Virus record (IMG/VR): IMGVR_UViG_3300033076_000568
Span: 1-26,952 of that record
DNA: 26,952 nucleotides
Origin: a virus
Taxonomy: Duplodnaviria > Caudoviricetes
Strand: one strand, 5' to 3'
Part shown: positions 1 to 8,936 of the stretch, piece after piece
Numbering within the stretch: the stretch's first letter is position 1
How the letters are laid out: each line of letters starts with the position of its first letter
Made by a program: the position numbers and the translations under genes
The notes under the pieces: generated by a model
Database searches by the model: none
What the model was told of the DNA's origin: nothing
What the model saw: the letters and a program-made list of their open reading frames with translations, nothing else

Positions 1-366
1 ACCACCTTCTTGACAATAGGCAGGCCCATTTGGACCTACTGTTCCGTCCGGATATACCCAAGCATCTCTAGCATCATCATAGTATGCTCCACCCTCTTTG
101 AATTCTGGATACTCATCTACATAATCTGCTCCTGGGAAATAGTATTCTTGACCTGGATACATCATCTGTGGTTCTCCCATATTCGGATAGGCCATAACAG
201 GATAAGGTACTCCTTGCATAGTAATTGTATCAGATGGTATCCTAGTTATTTCACCAGGATGAGCCCATTGACCTCTAGGGTCTTCAATAATATTCTTTGG
301 CGCAGCAAATCTCTTAGTCTTATTTAGTTCTCTAGTAGCTTTGCTTAATACTTTTTTGTTACCCAT
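1..366 (-). CDS. Putative virion cargo/internal protein, N-terminal 122 aa (runs off the window edge)
   Basis: Read by hand. ATG at 366 overlaps the muzzle stop (TAATG) and the frame stays open to base 1: MGNKKVLSKATRELNKTKRFAAPKNIIEDPRGQWAHPGEITRIPSDTITMQGVPYPVMAYPNMGEPQMMYPGQEYYFPGADYVDEYPEFKEGG...YCQEGG. Cargo genes follow the muzzle gene in crAss-like phages; function inferred from position. Confidence 0.8.
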   Translation of the reverse strand, partial: MGNKKVLSKATRELNKTKRFAAPKNIIEDPRGQWAHPGEITRIPSDTITMQGVPYPVMAYPNMGEPQMMYPGQEYYFPGADYVDEYPEFKEGGAYYDDARDAWVYPDGTVGPNGPAYCQEGG

Positions 367-3300
367 TATCTGAGAGATATTTGATTTTTACTATTTACAA
401 TTTTTAAGATCATATTAGTATCTGAACTATCTTCTCTAATTAATGTTAAGTAGTTTAAGTAATGTCTAAACTTCTTTCTCTGCAGTTCAGATTTATTATA
501 ATCTAAGTTTGTAGGATTCAGTGTTCTCTTGTAACCGTTTGATTCAGTAAACCAGATATTTCTATCTGCATAGTTACCTTGTAATACTGTAGTACCAGGA
601 ACTAAAGGTCCTGTAGGAGGGTAATCTGATCCAATTGGAAACTCAGATCTATCTCTTGTAATATCCCAGAATTGATTAAATCTATATTTATTTTCTTCTT
701 TGCTAAATAATATATCAAAAGAAGATAAGTTAGATTGATTTAATTTAGGATATGTTTGACTGAGTGTTACATTATTTTTTGGAAAGATGTTTAAGTTTAA
801 ATAACCAGACACCTGTTCTGAATTGTATACTACAGCTTTATCAAAATTATAATCCAGGACATGGAATTGATCAATACAGTTTTGTTCCCTTCTTCTATAA
901 CATTCAAGGATATATTCAATAGATTTTACTGTTGTTACAGTTTGCCCTGTAATAATTGGTAGTTCTATTTCAAATGGATACTGATTACCATAGAAGTTAC
1001 AAAAACTTGTACATCCTTCATTATGTTTCCAAATACCATTTTTCTTTGTAGTTAAGAAAACATCTTTTGTACCCATACTTAAATCTGGATGCCAATCATG
1101 GAATGAAATCCAGAATTCATTTTTAGGGTCATAGCTTACAGTCCAAGAGGCATCTTCAAATAATATTGGATCACCAAGTTGATATATTCCGGGCTGAATA
1201 GTACCATCAGCATTTTGAATTTGAAAGTAATCTCCTTGGCCTTTACTAAATCCAGAAGTAATTAATGGCACATAGATTATTTGACCATCAAAGTTTGGTG
1301 ATTTCCACTTCTCTAATAACTGATAATCTTTTTTAGAGAAATAGAGAATACTATTTTCATTATCATATAGAGACTGGCAGCCAATGCCGGATACAGGGTT
1401 ATCTTGATATGGGTAATCTGGAAAATCTTCTGTAAGCTTATAAGGTAGGAAATTATTAAACCACCATTTTAATCCAATCTGAGATATTTCTTTTAGATTC
1501 CCACCAAGTGAAAATATCTTAGCTTGGTTTTGGGAAATATAATAAATACCGGCAGGAGTAGAAATTACAGATAGTCTATTCTGAGAAGAACCATATTCAT
1601 AGGATGGATCTGAATTAATTACAGATTGTCCCGGTTGACTAAATAGACCACCATCACCAATTGTAATTTTAGTTCCAAGATCAGTTTGTAAGGTATCTAC
1701 ACCCTGATACATTAATGGACTACTATTCTTAAATGTAATTACAAGACCATTTTTATTTATAGACTTAACACCTGATATCTGAGATTGAAACTCTTTATAG
1801 TTATTAACTAAGTATACAAACCAACTATCTTTAAGTGCTTCTTGTTGTTGTGGTAATGAATAGATTATCCTATCTGGATAATAAGTATAACACAACTTAG
1901 CAATATTAGGATTGTAGTATCTACTTTGTAAATTACCGGCAGAGAAGTACTGACTAAAAGCTTTAGTTATACTTAGTGAATAATCATATCTATATTCATT
2001 ACCTCTTGTAATAATTTGAGGGTCCATGTTGAACATACTAACAAGATCAGTATATCCATATGGATCATAATATTTTTCTGCTTCTGTAATACCTTGAATT
2101 CTAAAATCAACAAGTACTTCAGATTCTACAAAGAAATCTCTTACTGAAGAAACGGCTAAGTAGAAATAACAATCTTTTGGTCTAAAGATACCAGGATAAT
2201 TACCTGCTGTATTATCTCTATAATCAAAACCATCAAAGTCCATTTTATAGAACTGTGTAGGTTTCCAACCTGTTCCTGGAGGTGTACCACCATTAAAGTA
2301 TTGAGTTAGAATATTTGAGAAGTCAGATATATCATACTTAGTAGAGTTAACCCAGAACTTAGGTTCTGGTATCATTTGTCTAAGTAAATAGTTAAACTCA
2401 AAACCATCAGGCTGCCCATATAACCAGTCATAGAAAAAGAACATTGAATTTTTCTCAGTATATCTGTTTACAAAAGTATCTCCCCCAAAGAATATTGGAG
2501 TTAATGTAATTTTGTTAATTGTGTATTGTAGCCCTGTAGAGCAAGTATACTTTTCTGCTAGTATGTGGTTTGTATAATATGGGTCATTTAGTTTTTGCTC
2601 ACATGGTGTGATAGCAATCTGCTTAATTGATTCTAGTTGCCCATACTGATTTCTTTTTCTAAGTTTCAGTGCACCATAATGACTTGCAATAGGTAGTGAA
2701 AATGCTGTTGATATTTCTGCATCATTAAATGATGGCCCAGAAATATTACCCCAGGCATTTCCTTGTCCAGAAGAATTATTATCAAAGTATGACATTGTCA
2801 CAAGTGACTTATCATAATATCCATTAGAACTATTTAAAATAAACTTAGGACCTAAATCTACTCCATCTGGATATGCCGGTTGAAACAATGGACCACTCTT
2901 AGTTCTTAAAACAACTGAGTCAGATCTTTTAAGATTATTAATTGAATATCTATTATTTACAACAGCTGGCCATTGTGATTGATAATATGGCATTTCTTGT
3001 ATATTACCTCTAATATAAAATGCATCATCAATCTTAAGTCTTGTTACATATGGTTGTGAAGATCTCTGAATAAAACTTGGAGGTAAGAAACTATCATACA
3101 AACCATGAGATATCATTTGTAGAGCATACTGATCAAATGGAAGAAATGCATAAATAACATTTAATACTGCATCAGAACCCTCAGAAAAATAATAAAAGAA
3201 TTTATTTAGTGCACCAAGAACGTTACTTACACTTGTAAAGAATGATAGATTATTTGCAGATTCTAAGTATGTTGCTGAAGATAGTTCTACATCAATATCA

Positions 3301-5963
3301 GGAGCTGTAAAAGTTCCACCCATTTTAAACCCAACATCATAATTGAAATCTTCAAATATTTGGTCAAGTGTATTAGACCCACCAAACACATTGGTAATAA
3401 TATTGCCTTGATTAAAATAAGTCTTAAGTTTTTGAAAATATGATCCTGGTATTGATACTCCTGTTGGATCACCCACATCAGTTGTTTGAATTGATGTTTG
3501 TGTAACTTGATTTGGAGCTTCATAGTATGGGTCAGCTGGGTTTGTAATAGTTACACCTCCAGGTCCACTAATTAAATTTTGTACTGGTTGCGCAGTAAAA
3601 CTTGCACCCGGTTGTCTCATTACCTTTTTACCAGTAAGTGATACTAGAGCTTCTGCAAATCCAATTAATAGAGCCAGCCCCATAGCAGCATCACTAAGTA
3701 ATTTGAACTTAGGATGCTCATCTGGATATTTAAATTGTTGAGATGAATAACCACTTAAAGCACCATATAATTTTAGCTCCGTCCCTTCTAAGAAAGGAGT
3801 TCTAAACATTGTATCAGGTGAGTGGAATGTATTTATTTCAATAGGAACAGTTTGACTATAACCCTTATCTAATTTAATATATGGATCATTGAACTGATAG
3901 TTTGCTTGTGAAGAGTTACCAGTATTCATTGGTGATTGAATACAGTTGAAAGGATAGTTTGGATATAATCCTGCTCTATTTCTTGCAACATCTCCTTTGA
4001 TCTTATAAGTTCTCATGTTATTAAGCATTCCTTTAGCAATAATGCTACGGTTGCCCTCTCTTGAACCTCTTAAGATTTCATAACCTACAATTCCTGGAAT
4101 ATCATTTCCATCATTATCTTTAGGTAATGGTATATTTTCAAATACTACACCCATCAACCTAATGTTTAGATTGTTGGAATCACCCGGTACAGATGCTGTA
4201 CTAGGCTTATAGTGTAGAGTTTTATCATTTAAATAGTTATCAGGAAATTTGTGATGTCTAATATTGAGACCACATAGATCATTAAAGTAAGTAGTTATTC
4301 CTGTTACAGGATCTGTTACTCCTGCATGTCCATCTAATCCAGTCCAACAGTGTTCACTTGCATTCCAGATTTCTGGTTGTTTATCTGGATAGAGTTCAGA
4401 TGATTCCCAGTATCCCATTTCACCGGATGCTATTACAGTACCACCATCTGATGTAGTAGATCCTAGGATTGAAGGAACACCATTTGTATTAGCAGTATTA
4501 TACATTTCAAACAACTGATCTGAAGTTGTAAGTGTATTTACATCATGAGTAGAATCACTTCTCTCATTTGCAGTTATTATAGTATTAGTTCCAGTAAGAG
4601 TGTAACTATAATTTTTAGGTGGTCTACCCGGAATATGATATGATGCTGATTTATCTCCAGTATTATATACCCAACGGATAAAGAAAGCATATACTTCATC
4701 TCTTAAATAACTTCCTTTATTACCACCTTTAGTATAATAGTCTGCCGGATATTCTACAGAAACCCATTTAGCTCTAATCAAATTAGCTAAGGGTTGATAG
4801 TTAAAATCAAATCTAGATCTTGGGCCAACTCTTAGTAAGTAATTATTTACATCAGTCATTTGATCTGATGTTTCATAAATAGGATTAGTAACCGGTAAAA
4901 ATTCAAGAGGTACTGTAATAAGATCATCTTTTATTTGATCTAGTTCAATAGTACTTGTTTTTGTTGAATAGATACCAATTTGTTTTGCTACAGTTCCCTG
5001 GTTAATGTTTTGTACAACAACTAGAATGAACTCATCAAAGTTTTCTTGATCCGCACTTACATTAATTGTAATAGCTCCTTGAAGATCATCAGGAAAATAA
5101 ATTGGTTGAGTATTACTCGGAGAATAATAATCTGTTACTCTTTGACCTTTGATAGCATAAGCAATAGTAGCAAAGTAAGTACCATTTCTAAGAGTACCTC
5201 CAGCCTCACCTCTTTGTATTGATAAGCATGGTGTTTCTACTAATCTAGCCAGTCTAATCTTATCACAGTTTAGTTCATTTAAATCAGTGCATGTTGTACA
5301 GTTTAAATTAGTAGAACAATCTTCAACCCAAGATACACCTGGCCAGAGAATTTTATCTCCATTAGAATTTACATATTGATTGACTGAAGCATTGTATACA
5401 ACTGGTGTAGGATTAGGTACTGTATTAAGTTCCCACTGGAAATCTTTAGATGGCCAAGTTTGTGGATCTCCTACATTTAGAAATCTATCAGGATTTAGTC
5501 CATCAGCCCAATACACTTGCCAAGAACAATCTTCTTTTTCTCTTGATGTTCCTGAAATCAAATATCTTTTATCAAAACCTAAACACTCATCTTGTACAAT
5601 AGGTCTATAGATACATCTTTCTTCTTCAAGTAATCCAATTTCTGACATTACAGGTTTACCATTTAAAGCATGTCCTGCCGAGTAGATCACCCACTTATCT
5701 GAAAACAAATGAATGGCTCCAATAATGTATACTTCATTTACAGCATTAGCACCAAAAGTAGGCATAGTTGTACCTACTGTAGCACACAATAAATTAGATG
5801 CTTCATTTGATATTGTACCTAAATTACCCTCTGAAGTATTGTTAGTTGCATTACGGGCATGTATCCACATACCATCTGTTACAAATGTAGGATCAGAATC
5901 TTTATTAAGACCCTTTACAAATGTGTGTGAAATATTCTGGGATGTATCTTGAAACTTTGCCAT
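366..5963 (-). CDS. Tail muzzle / tail stabilisation protein (crAss-like Tstab), 1865 aa
   Basis: N-terminal HTFVKGLNKD...ARN motif; internal YLRDEVYAFFIRWVYNTGDKSASYHIPGR, FFGGDTFVNRY and WTVSYDPKNEFWISFHDWHP motifs typical of this family; lies directly after two ring genes. Confidence 0.8.
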   Translation of the reverse strand: MAKFQDTSQNISHTFVKGLNKDSDPTFVTDGMWIHARNATNNTSEGNLGTISNEASNLLCATVGTTMPTFGANAVNEVYIIGAIHLFSDKWVIYSAGHALNGKPVMSEIGLLEEERCIYRPIVQDECLGFDKRYLISGTSREKEDCSWQVYWADGLNPDRFLNVGDPQTWPSKDFQWELNTVPNPTPVVYNASVNQYVNSNGDKILWPGVSWVEDCSTNLNCTTCTDLNELNCDKIRLARLVETPCLSIQRGEAGGTLRNGTYFATIAYAIKGQRVTDYYSPSNTQPIYFPDDLQGAITINVSADQENFDEFILVVVQNINQGTVAKQIGIYSTKTSTIELDQIKDDLITVPLEFLPVTNPIYETSDQMTDVNNYLLRVGPRSRFDFNYQPLANLIRAKWVSVEYPADYYTKGGNKGSYLRDEVYAFFIRWVYNTGDKSASYHIPGRPPKNYSYTLTGTNTIITANERSDSTHDVNTLTTSDQLFEMYNTANTNGVPSILGSTTSDGGTVIASGEMGYWESSELYPDKQPEIWNASEHCWTGLDGHAGVTDPVTGITTYFNDLCGLNIRHHKFPDNYLNDKTLHYKPSTASVPGDSNNLNIRLMGVVFENIPLPKDNDGNDIPGIVGYEILRGSREGNRSIIAKGMLNNMRTYKIKGDVARNRAGLYPNYPFNCIQSPMNTGNSSQANYQFNDPYIKLDKGYSQTVPIEINTFHSPDTMFRTPFLEGTELKLYGALSGYSSQQFKYPDEHPKFKLLSDAAMGLALLIGFAEALVSLTGKKVMRQPGASFTAQPVQNLISGPGGVTITNPADPYYEAPNQVTQTSIQTTDVGDPTGVSIPGSYFQKLKTYFNQGNIITNVFGGSNTLDQIFEDFNYDVGFKMGGTFTAPDIDVELSSATYLESANNLSFFTSVSNVLGALNKFFYYFSEGSDAVLNVIYAFLPFDQYALQMISHGLYDSFLPPSFIQRSSQPYVTRLKIDDAFYIRGNIQEMPYYQSQWPAVVNNRYSINNLKRSDSVVLRTKSGPLFQPAYPDGVDLGPKFILNSSNGYYDKSLVTMSYFDNNSSGQGNAWGNISGPSFNDAEISTAFSLPIASHYGALKLRKRNQYGQLESIKQIAITPCEQKLNDPYYTNHILAEKYTCSTGLQYTINKITLTPIFFGGDTFVNRYTEKNSMFFFYDWLYGQPDGFEFNYLLRQMIPEPKFWVNSTKYDISDFSNILTQYFNGGTPPGTGWKPTQFYKMDFDGFDYRDNTAGNYPGIFRPKDCYFYLAVSSVRDFFVESEVLVDFRIQGITEAEKYYDPYGYTDLVSMFNMDPQIITRGNEYRYDYSLSITKAFSQYFSAGNLQSRYYNPNIAKLCYTYYPDRIIYSLPQQQEALKDSWFVYLVNNYKEFQSQISGVKSINKNGLVITFKNSSPLMYQGVDTLQTDLGTKITIGDGGLFSQPGQSVINSDPSYEYGSSQNRLSVISTPAGIYYISQNQAKIFSLGGNLKEISQIGLKWWFNNFLPYKLTEDFPDYPYQDNPVSGIGCQSLYDNENSILYFSKKDYQLLEKWKSPNFDGQIIYVPLITSGFSKGQGDYFQIQNADGTIQPGIYQLGDPILFEDASWTVSYDPKNEFWISFHDWHPDLSMGTKDVFLTTKKNGIWKHNEGCTSFCNFYGNQYPFEIELPIITGQTVTTVKSIEYILECYRRREQNCIDQFHVLDYNFDKAVVYNSEQVSGYLNLNIFPKNNVTLSQTYPKLNQSNLSSFDILFSKEENKYRFNQFWDITRDRSEFPIGSDYPPTGPLVPGTTVLQGNYADRNIWFTESNGYKRTLNPTNLDYNKSELQRKKFRHYLNYLTLIREDSSDTNMILKIVNSKNQISLR

Positions 5964-7021
5964 TATACTACTCTTCTATCAAATGCTGCATTTCTATATG
6001 GATTGTTTGGAGAATAACTCTCAAACATATAATAGTACTTACCGTACATGGCTTTTCTATTAGCCCACCATACTTGAGCCATTTCTCTAAAGTTTGGAGT
6101 ATTAACAACACTAAGAGCATTATTTCTAGCACTTCTTAATCTTTGTTCAATAAGCTGCATTCTTTGAGCAACATCTTCTCCATTCATGTAGAGATTTTCA
6201 AGTATTCTAGCTTTAAGAGCATACTCATAATATTCATTTATCAAGTCATGATCAGGAACAAGAAGATTACCATCATCATCTTCCATTTGACCTTGATAGT
6301 TTAAATATACTTTACCTGTCTCAAATGTGGTAAATAGAAAGCCACCTTTAATCCAACCTTGATTGGGAGCATTCCAATAAAGATTTGGGCAGTCACATTC
6401 TATTTCTTGACTAGCTTTCATTCTCAAAGGAATTAGTTCTGTGTAAACTCTAGTTGTACCTGGATTACTAATAACTTGAATAAGTTCATATTTATCTCCC
6501 TTACAATTCATAAAGACCCTTGGTCTTGTACATACATCACCATACGGTGCATTAGGGTTATAGGCATCTGGAATTACAGATGGTGTACATCCTGATGAAC
6601 AACTATTACTTGGACATGCTGCAGTATGATTACATGGGTTTGCATTACATACCGAGCAGTTTACAGTTGCTGGTGCACATACATCAACATTTGCAGGTGT
6701 TTCTACATAGGGTACTTCTTGAATATTTGTACCACCTACATAACCTGTATATCCTACATGTTCTGCAAATTCTCCACAAATAAATGCAAAGTTAAAGGTA
6801 TAGAAGTCATCTGGTAACTTTACTTTACCATGACATACATCTAGAATTACTTCTCTTGTTTGATTGATTCTCAGACCAAGATCATAGTTAATTTTTTTAA
6901 CTAACTTAATCAATTGTTGAGGCTCAATCATATTTTCAAGAGCAAATGTATTTAAGTCAACTGTTACATCATCTAATAGTTGATCAAAAGTTCTATACTT
7001 AAGGGTGTAATTAAAGTCCAT
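5963..7021 (-). CDS. Tail ring / tubular (head-tail connector) protein, 352 aa, with Cys-rich insertion
   Basis: Helical N-terminus, KVKLPDDF, GFLFTTFETGKVYLNY and LLVPDH..EYYEYALK motifs resemble crAss-like ring proteins; immediately upstream of the muzzle; TAATG-coupled at both ends. Confidence 0.7.
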   Translation of the reverse strand: MDFNYTLKYRTFDQLLDDVTVDLNTFALENMIEPQQLIKLVKKINYDLGLRINQTREVILDVCHGKVKLPDDFYTFNFAFICGEFAEHVGYTGYVGGTNIQEVPYVETPANVDVCAPATVNCSVCNANPCNHTAACPSNSCSSGCTPSVIPDAYNPNAPYGDVCTRPRVFMNCKGDKYELIQVISNPGTTRVYTELIPLRMKASQEIECDCPNLYWNAPNQGWIKGGFLFTTFETGKVYLNYQGQMEDDDGNLLVPDHDLINEYYEYALKARILENLYMNGEDVAQRMQLIEQRLRSARNNALSVVNTPNFREMAQVWWANRKAMYGKYYYMFESYSPNNPYRNAAFDRRVV

Positions 7022-7683
7022 TATCTAAGTAAGTTTTGACTATCATCTGCATTATCCGATGGAGCTTGAAGAGATATGGTTAATTCTTTAACAGCAAACT
7101 GTTCAATTTCAGAAAATAAATATTCTGGAAATGGTAAGAGCTGATCTTGCATTACTAAACAATCATCAGTTGTACATGTATCTGCTTGACCTTCAAATAT
7201 GGCTTCCATTCTAATAGCTTCCCAGTCAATGTTTGGAAAGTAAAGATAGCCGTTCAGATACCAAAAGTACTTGTTCTTATTATATTTAAAAGTTGTAGTT
7301 TTAGTCATAGAAACCCAAGTACCCGGGTCAGTTCTATATAATTCAATTGTACCATCTATTGAAGATACTGTACGTATAATAGGTCCAAAGACACCATCAA
7401 GTATAGTAGGAAGCTTTTCTTTTGTTCTTTTAAAATAACAACCGGAGTATATTCCAATACAACCGGCTTCTACTTTATCAACATCTATAAGTTCAAGATA
7501 AGGAAGGACTTGAAAAATAGAACTAATTTTCATTAGTCTAAATTGATTGTCTTCTCTTTTAAGAAGAGTTTGTCCATACTTAGTAAGTAGAAAGTAAATA
7601 TTTCTATCTGTTAAGAAAGCATCTTCCTTAACAGCTTTTAAGGTATTCCTTACTCTTGAAATTGCTTCTCCTATTGTGGTCAT
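7021..7683 (-). CDS. Tail ring / tubular protein, 220 aa
   Basis: MTTIGEAISRVR...DAFLTDRNIYFLL start, YFWYLNGYLY, and C-terminal PSDNADDS resemble crAss-like ring proteins; ATGA overlap with the upstream gene. Confidence 0.7.
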   Translation of the reverse strand: MTTIGEAISRVRNTLKAVKEDAFLTDRNIYFLLTKYGQTLLKREDNQFRLMKISSIFQVLPYLELIDVDKVEAGCIGIYSGCYFKRTKEKLPTILDGVFGPIIRTVSSIDGTIELYRTDPGTWVSMTKTTTFKYNKNKYFWYLNGYLYFPNIDWEAIRMEAIFEGQADTCTTDDCLVMQDQLLPFPEYLFSEIEQFAVKELTISLQAPSDNADDSQNLLR

Positions 7684-8261
7684 AGATCAAATTCATTATA
7701 GTCCTTTAAACCTTCAGTTTGTTGTTTTAAAAGAACACTTTTATAATATTGTTTTCTAGTCTCTAGTCTTAGTTTTTTTGTAGGATCAACTACAATATAA
7801 GTATTCCAGTTTTCAGGATATGTTTTAGCAACAGCTCTTTTAAAATCTCTACTAGCAACAAATTTCCATAGCTCTCTATTCTTCATTTTATGTTTCATTG
7901 CAAAACTTGTAAAAAATATTTTAGCTAGTTTACCATCTGTTTCCCAGTTTTTATTTGTAACTGTTACCCCATACTTTTTTGACTTAGCAAAATCAATATT
8001 TTCTTTTTTACTGCTTTCACATGTCCCAATAAATAACCAACCAACAGAATTTGGGAGTTGTACTCCATCTCTTGCATCTATAACTTTTGCCCAAACACTT
8101 TTATTAAAAGATCTGATGATCTCTTTTAAAGTACTATTGTCAACATCCTTGTATCTAGGATACTTTTTTCTAAAACTATCAAAGAACTCTTTGTTCAACA
8201 TAGTATGGACTTTGGGTCTATATCTTGGGCCTGTTAAGTCCGGGGTTTTAAATTCCTTCAT
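7680..8261 (-). CDS. IHF/HU-like DNA-binding protein (crAss gene 53-like), 193 aa
   Basis: Basic protein; helix (LKEIIRSFNKSVWAKVI) followed by GVQLPNSVGWLFI resembles the HU/IHF helix-strand pattern; this slot upstream of ring/muzzle genes is conserved in crAss-like phages. Confidence 0.6.
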   Translation of the reverse strand: MKEFKTPDLTGPRYRPKVHTMLNKEFFDSFRKKYPRYKDVDNSTLKEIIRSFNKSVWAKVIDARDGVQLPNSVGWLFIGTCESSKKENIDFAKSKKYGVTVTNKNWETDGKLAKIFFTSFAMKHKMKNRELWKFVASRDFKRAVAKTYPENWNTYIVVDPTKKLRLETRKQYYKSVLLKQQTEGLKDYNEFDL

Positions 8262-8271
8262 ACCATATAGA

Positions 8272-8303
8272 TTAATATACTAAAAATTATGCACTTTAGC
8301 AAA
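8272..8303 (-). promoter_or_regulatory. Putative promoter TTTG-N20-TATATTAA upstream of the IHF-like gene
   Basis: Minus strand TTTG (8300-8303), 20 nt, TATATTAA (8272-8279), just downstream of a terminator. A canonical Bacteroidota TAnnTTTG (TATATTTG, 8300-8307) overlaps it. Confidence 0.55.
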
Positions 8304-8310
8304 TATAAGC

Positions 8311-8345
8311 ATAAAACAAAACCCCCGCGAGTGCAGGGGCTTTGC
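8311..8345 (-). terminator. Intrinsic terminator after the 181-aa gene
   Basis: Minus strand GCAAAGCCCCTGC-ACTC-GCGGGGGTTTTGT-TTTAT: 13-bp stem with G-U pairs, 4-nt loop, U-rich tail. Confidence 0.75.
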
Positions 8346-8351
8346 TTTGTT

Positions 8352-8376
8352 GTCACAGAAACCAACAAACTGTAAC
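8352..8376 (-). other. Stem-loop displaying UUUGUUGGUUU; candidate 3'-UTR small RNA element
   Basis: Minus strand GTTACAG-TTTGTTGGTTT-CTGTGAC (7-bp stem, one G-U). The loop is the reverse complement of AAACCAACAAA at 18703-18713 and 21699-21709. Function inferred. Confidence 0.4.
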
Positions 8377-8379
8377 TTC

Positions 8380-8925
8380 TTAGAATAATAATACTACTCT
8401 GACCCTAACTGCAGGATCAACAGGAGTTTGGTTTAATGTAATTGTTATATTACCTGTAACATCATCTACTGAAGCTTCCCATGTACCATTTGTACTATAG
8501 GGTTGTATTAATGTCCAGCTTGTACCTGATAAGTACCATATGTTTAAGACAAAGTCTGAGAACTCAGATCCATCTTGACTACAAAGTGAGGGATCTATTC
8601 CACAAGATAATAAATCAGATCTTAATATTGTTAGTGTAGCACCATCTAAATTAGAAGTGAATTCTTGAACATATCTAAGTTTAGCAGTTTGTGCTTGACA
8701 GAAATATGTAACAACATCATTTAAAGCATCTGCTATAGGAGTATCTTGTGCCACAACAGTGTCATCATTACATCTTATAGCTGCTCCACTATATGTTACA
8801 CAATTAGCATCCATAACTGTATAGCATGGTTCTGGATCTGGACATCCTGCTGGTGTAGGGCATGGTGCAGGACTAGTTAAAAAACTATCTTTACATCCAC
8901 AATTTTGACATTTATTTAGTGACAT
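8380..8925 (-). CDS. Cys-rich putative fibre/structural protein, 181 aa
   Basis: N-terminal CQNCGC and a C..NCVTYSG..I.C module shared with the 553-aa neighbour; beta-rich C-terminus; tail-region context. Confidence 0.6.
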   Translation of the reverse strand: MSLNKCQNCGCKDSFLTSPAPCPTPAGCPDPEPCYTVMDANCVTYSGAAIRCNDDTVVAQDTPIADALNDVVTYFCQAQTAKLRYVQEFTSNLDGATLTILRSDLLSCGIDPSLCSQDGSEFSDFVLNIWYLSGTSWTLIQPYSTNGTWEASVDDVTGNITITLNQTPVDPAVRVRVVLLF

Positions 8926-8936
8926 CTTTTATAGTA

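Noticed and set aside
10-327. 105-aa plus-strand ORF
   Set aside because: Antisense shadow of the minus-strand gene starting at 366.
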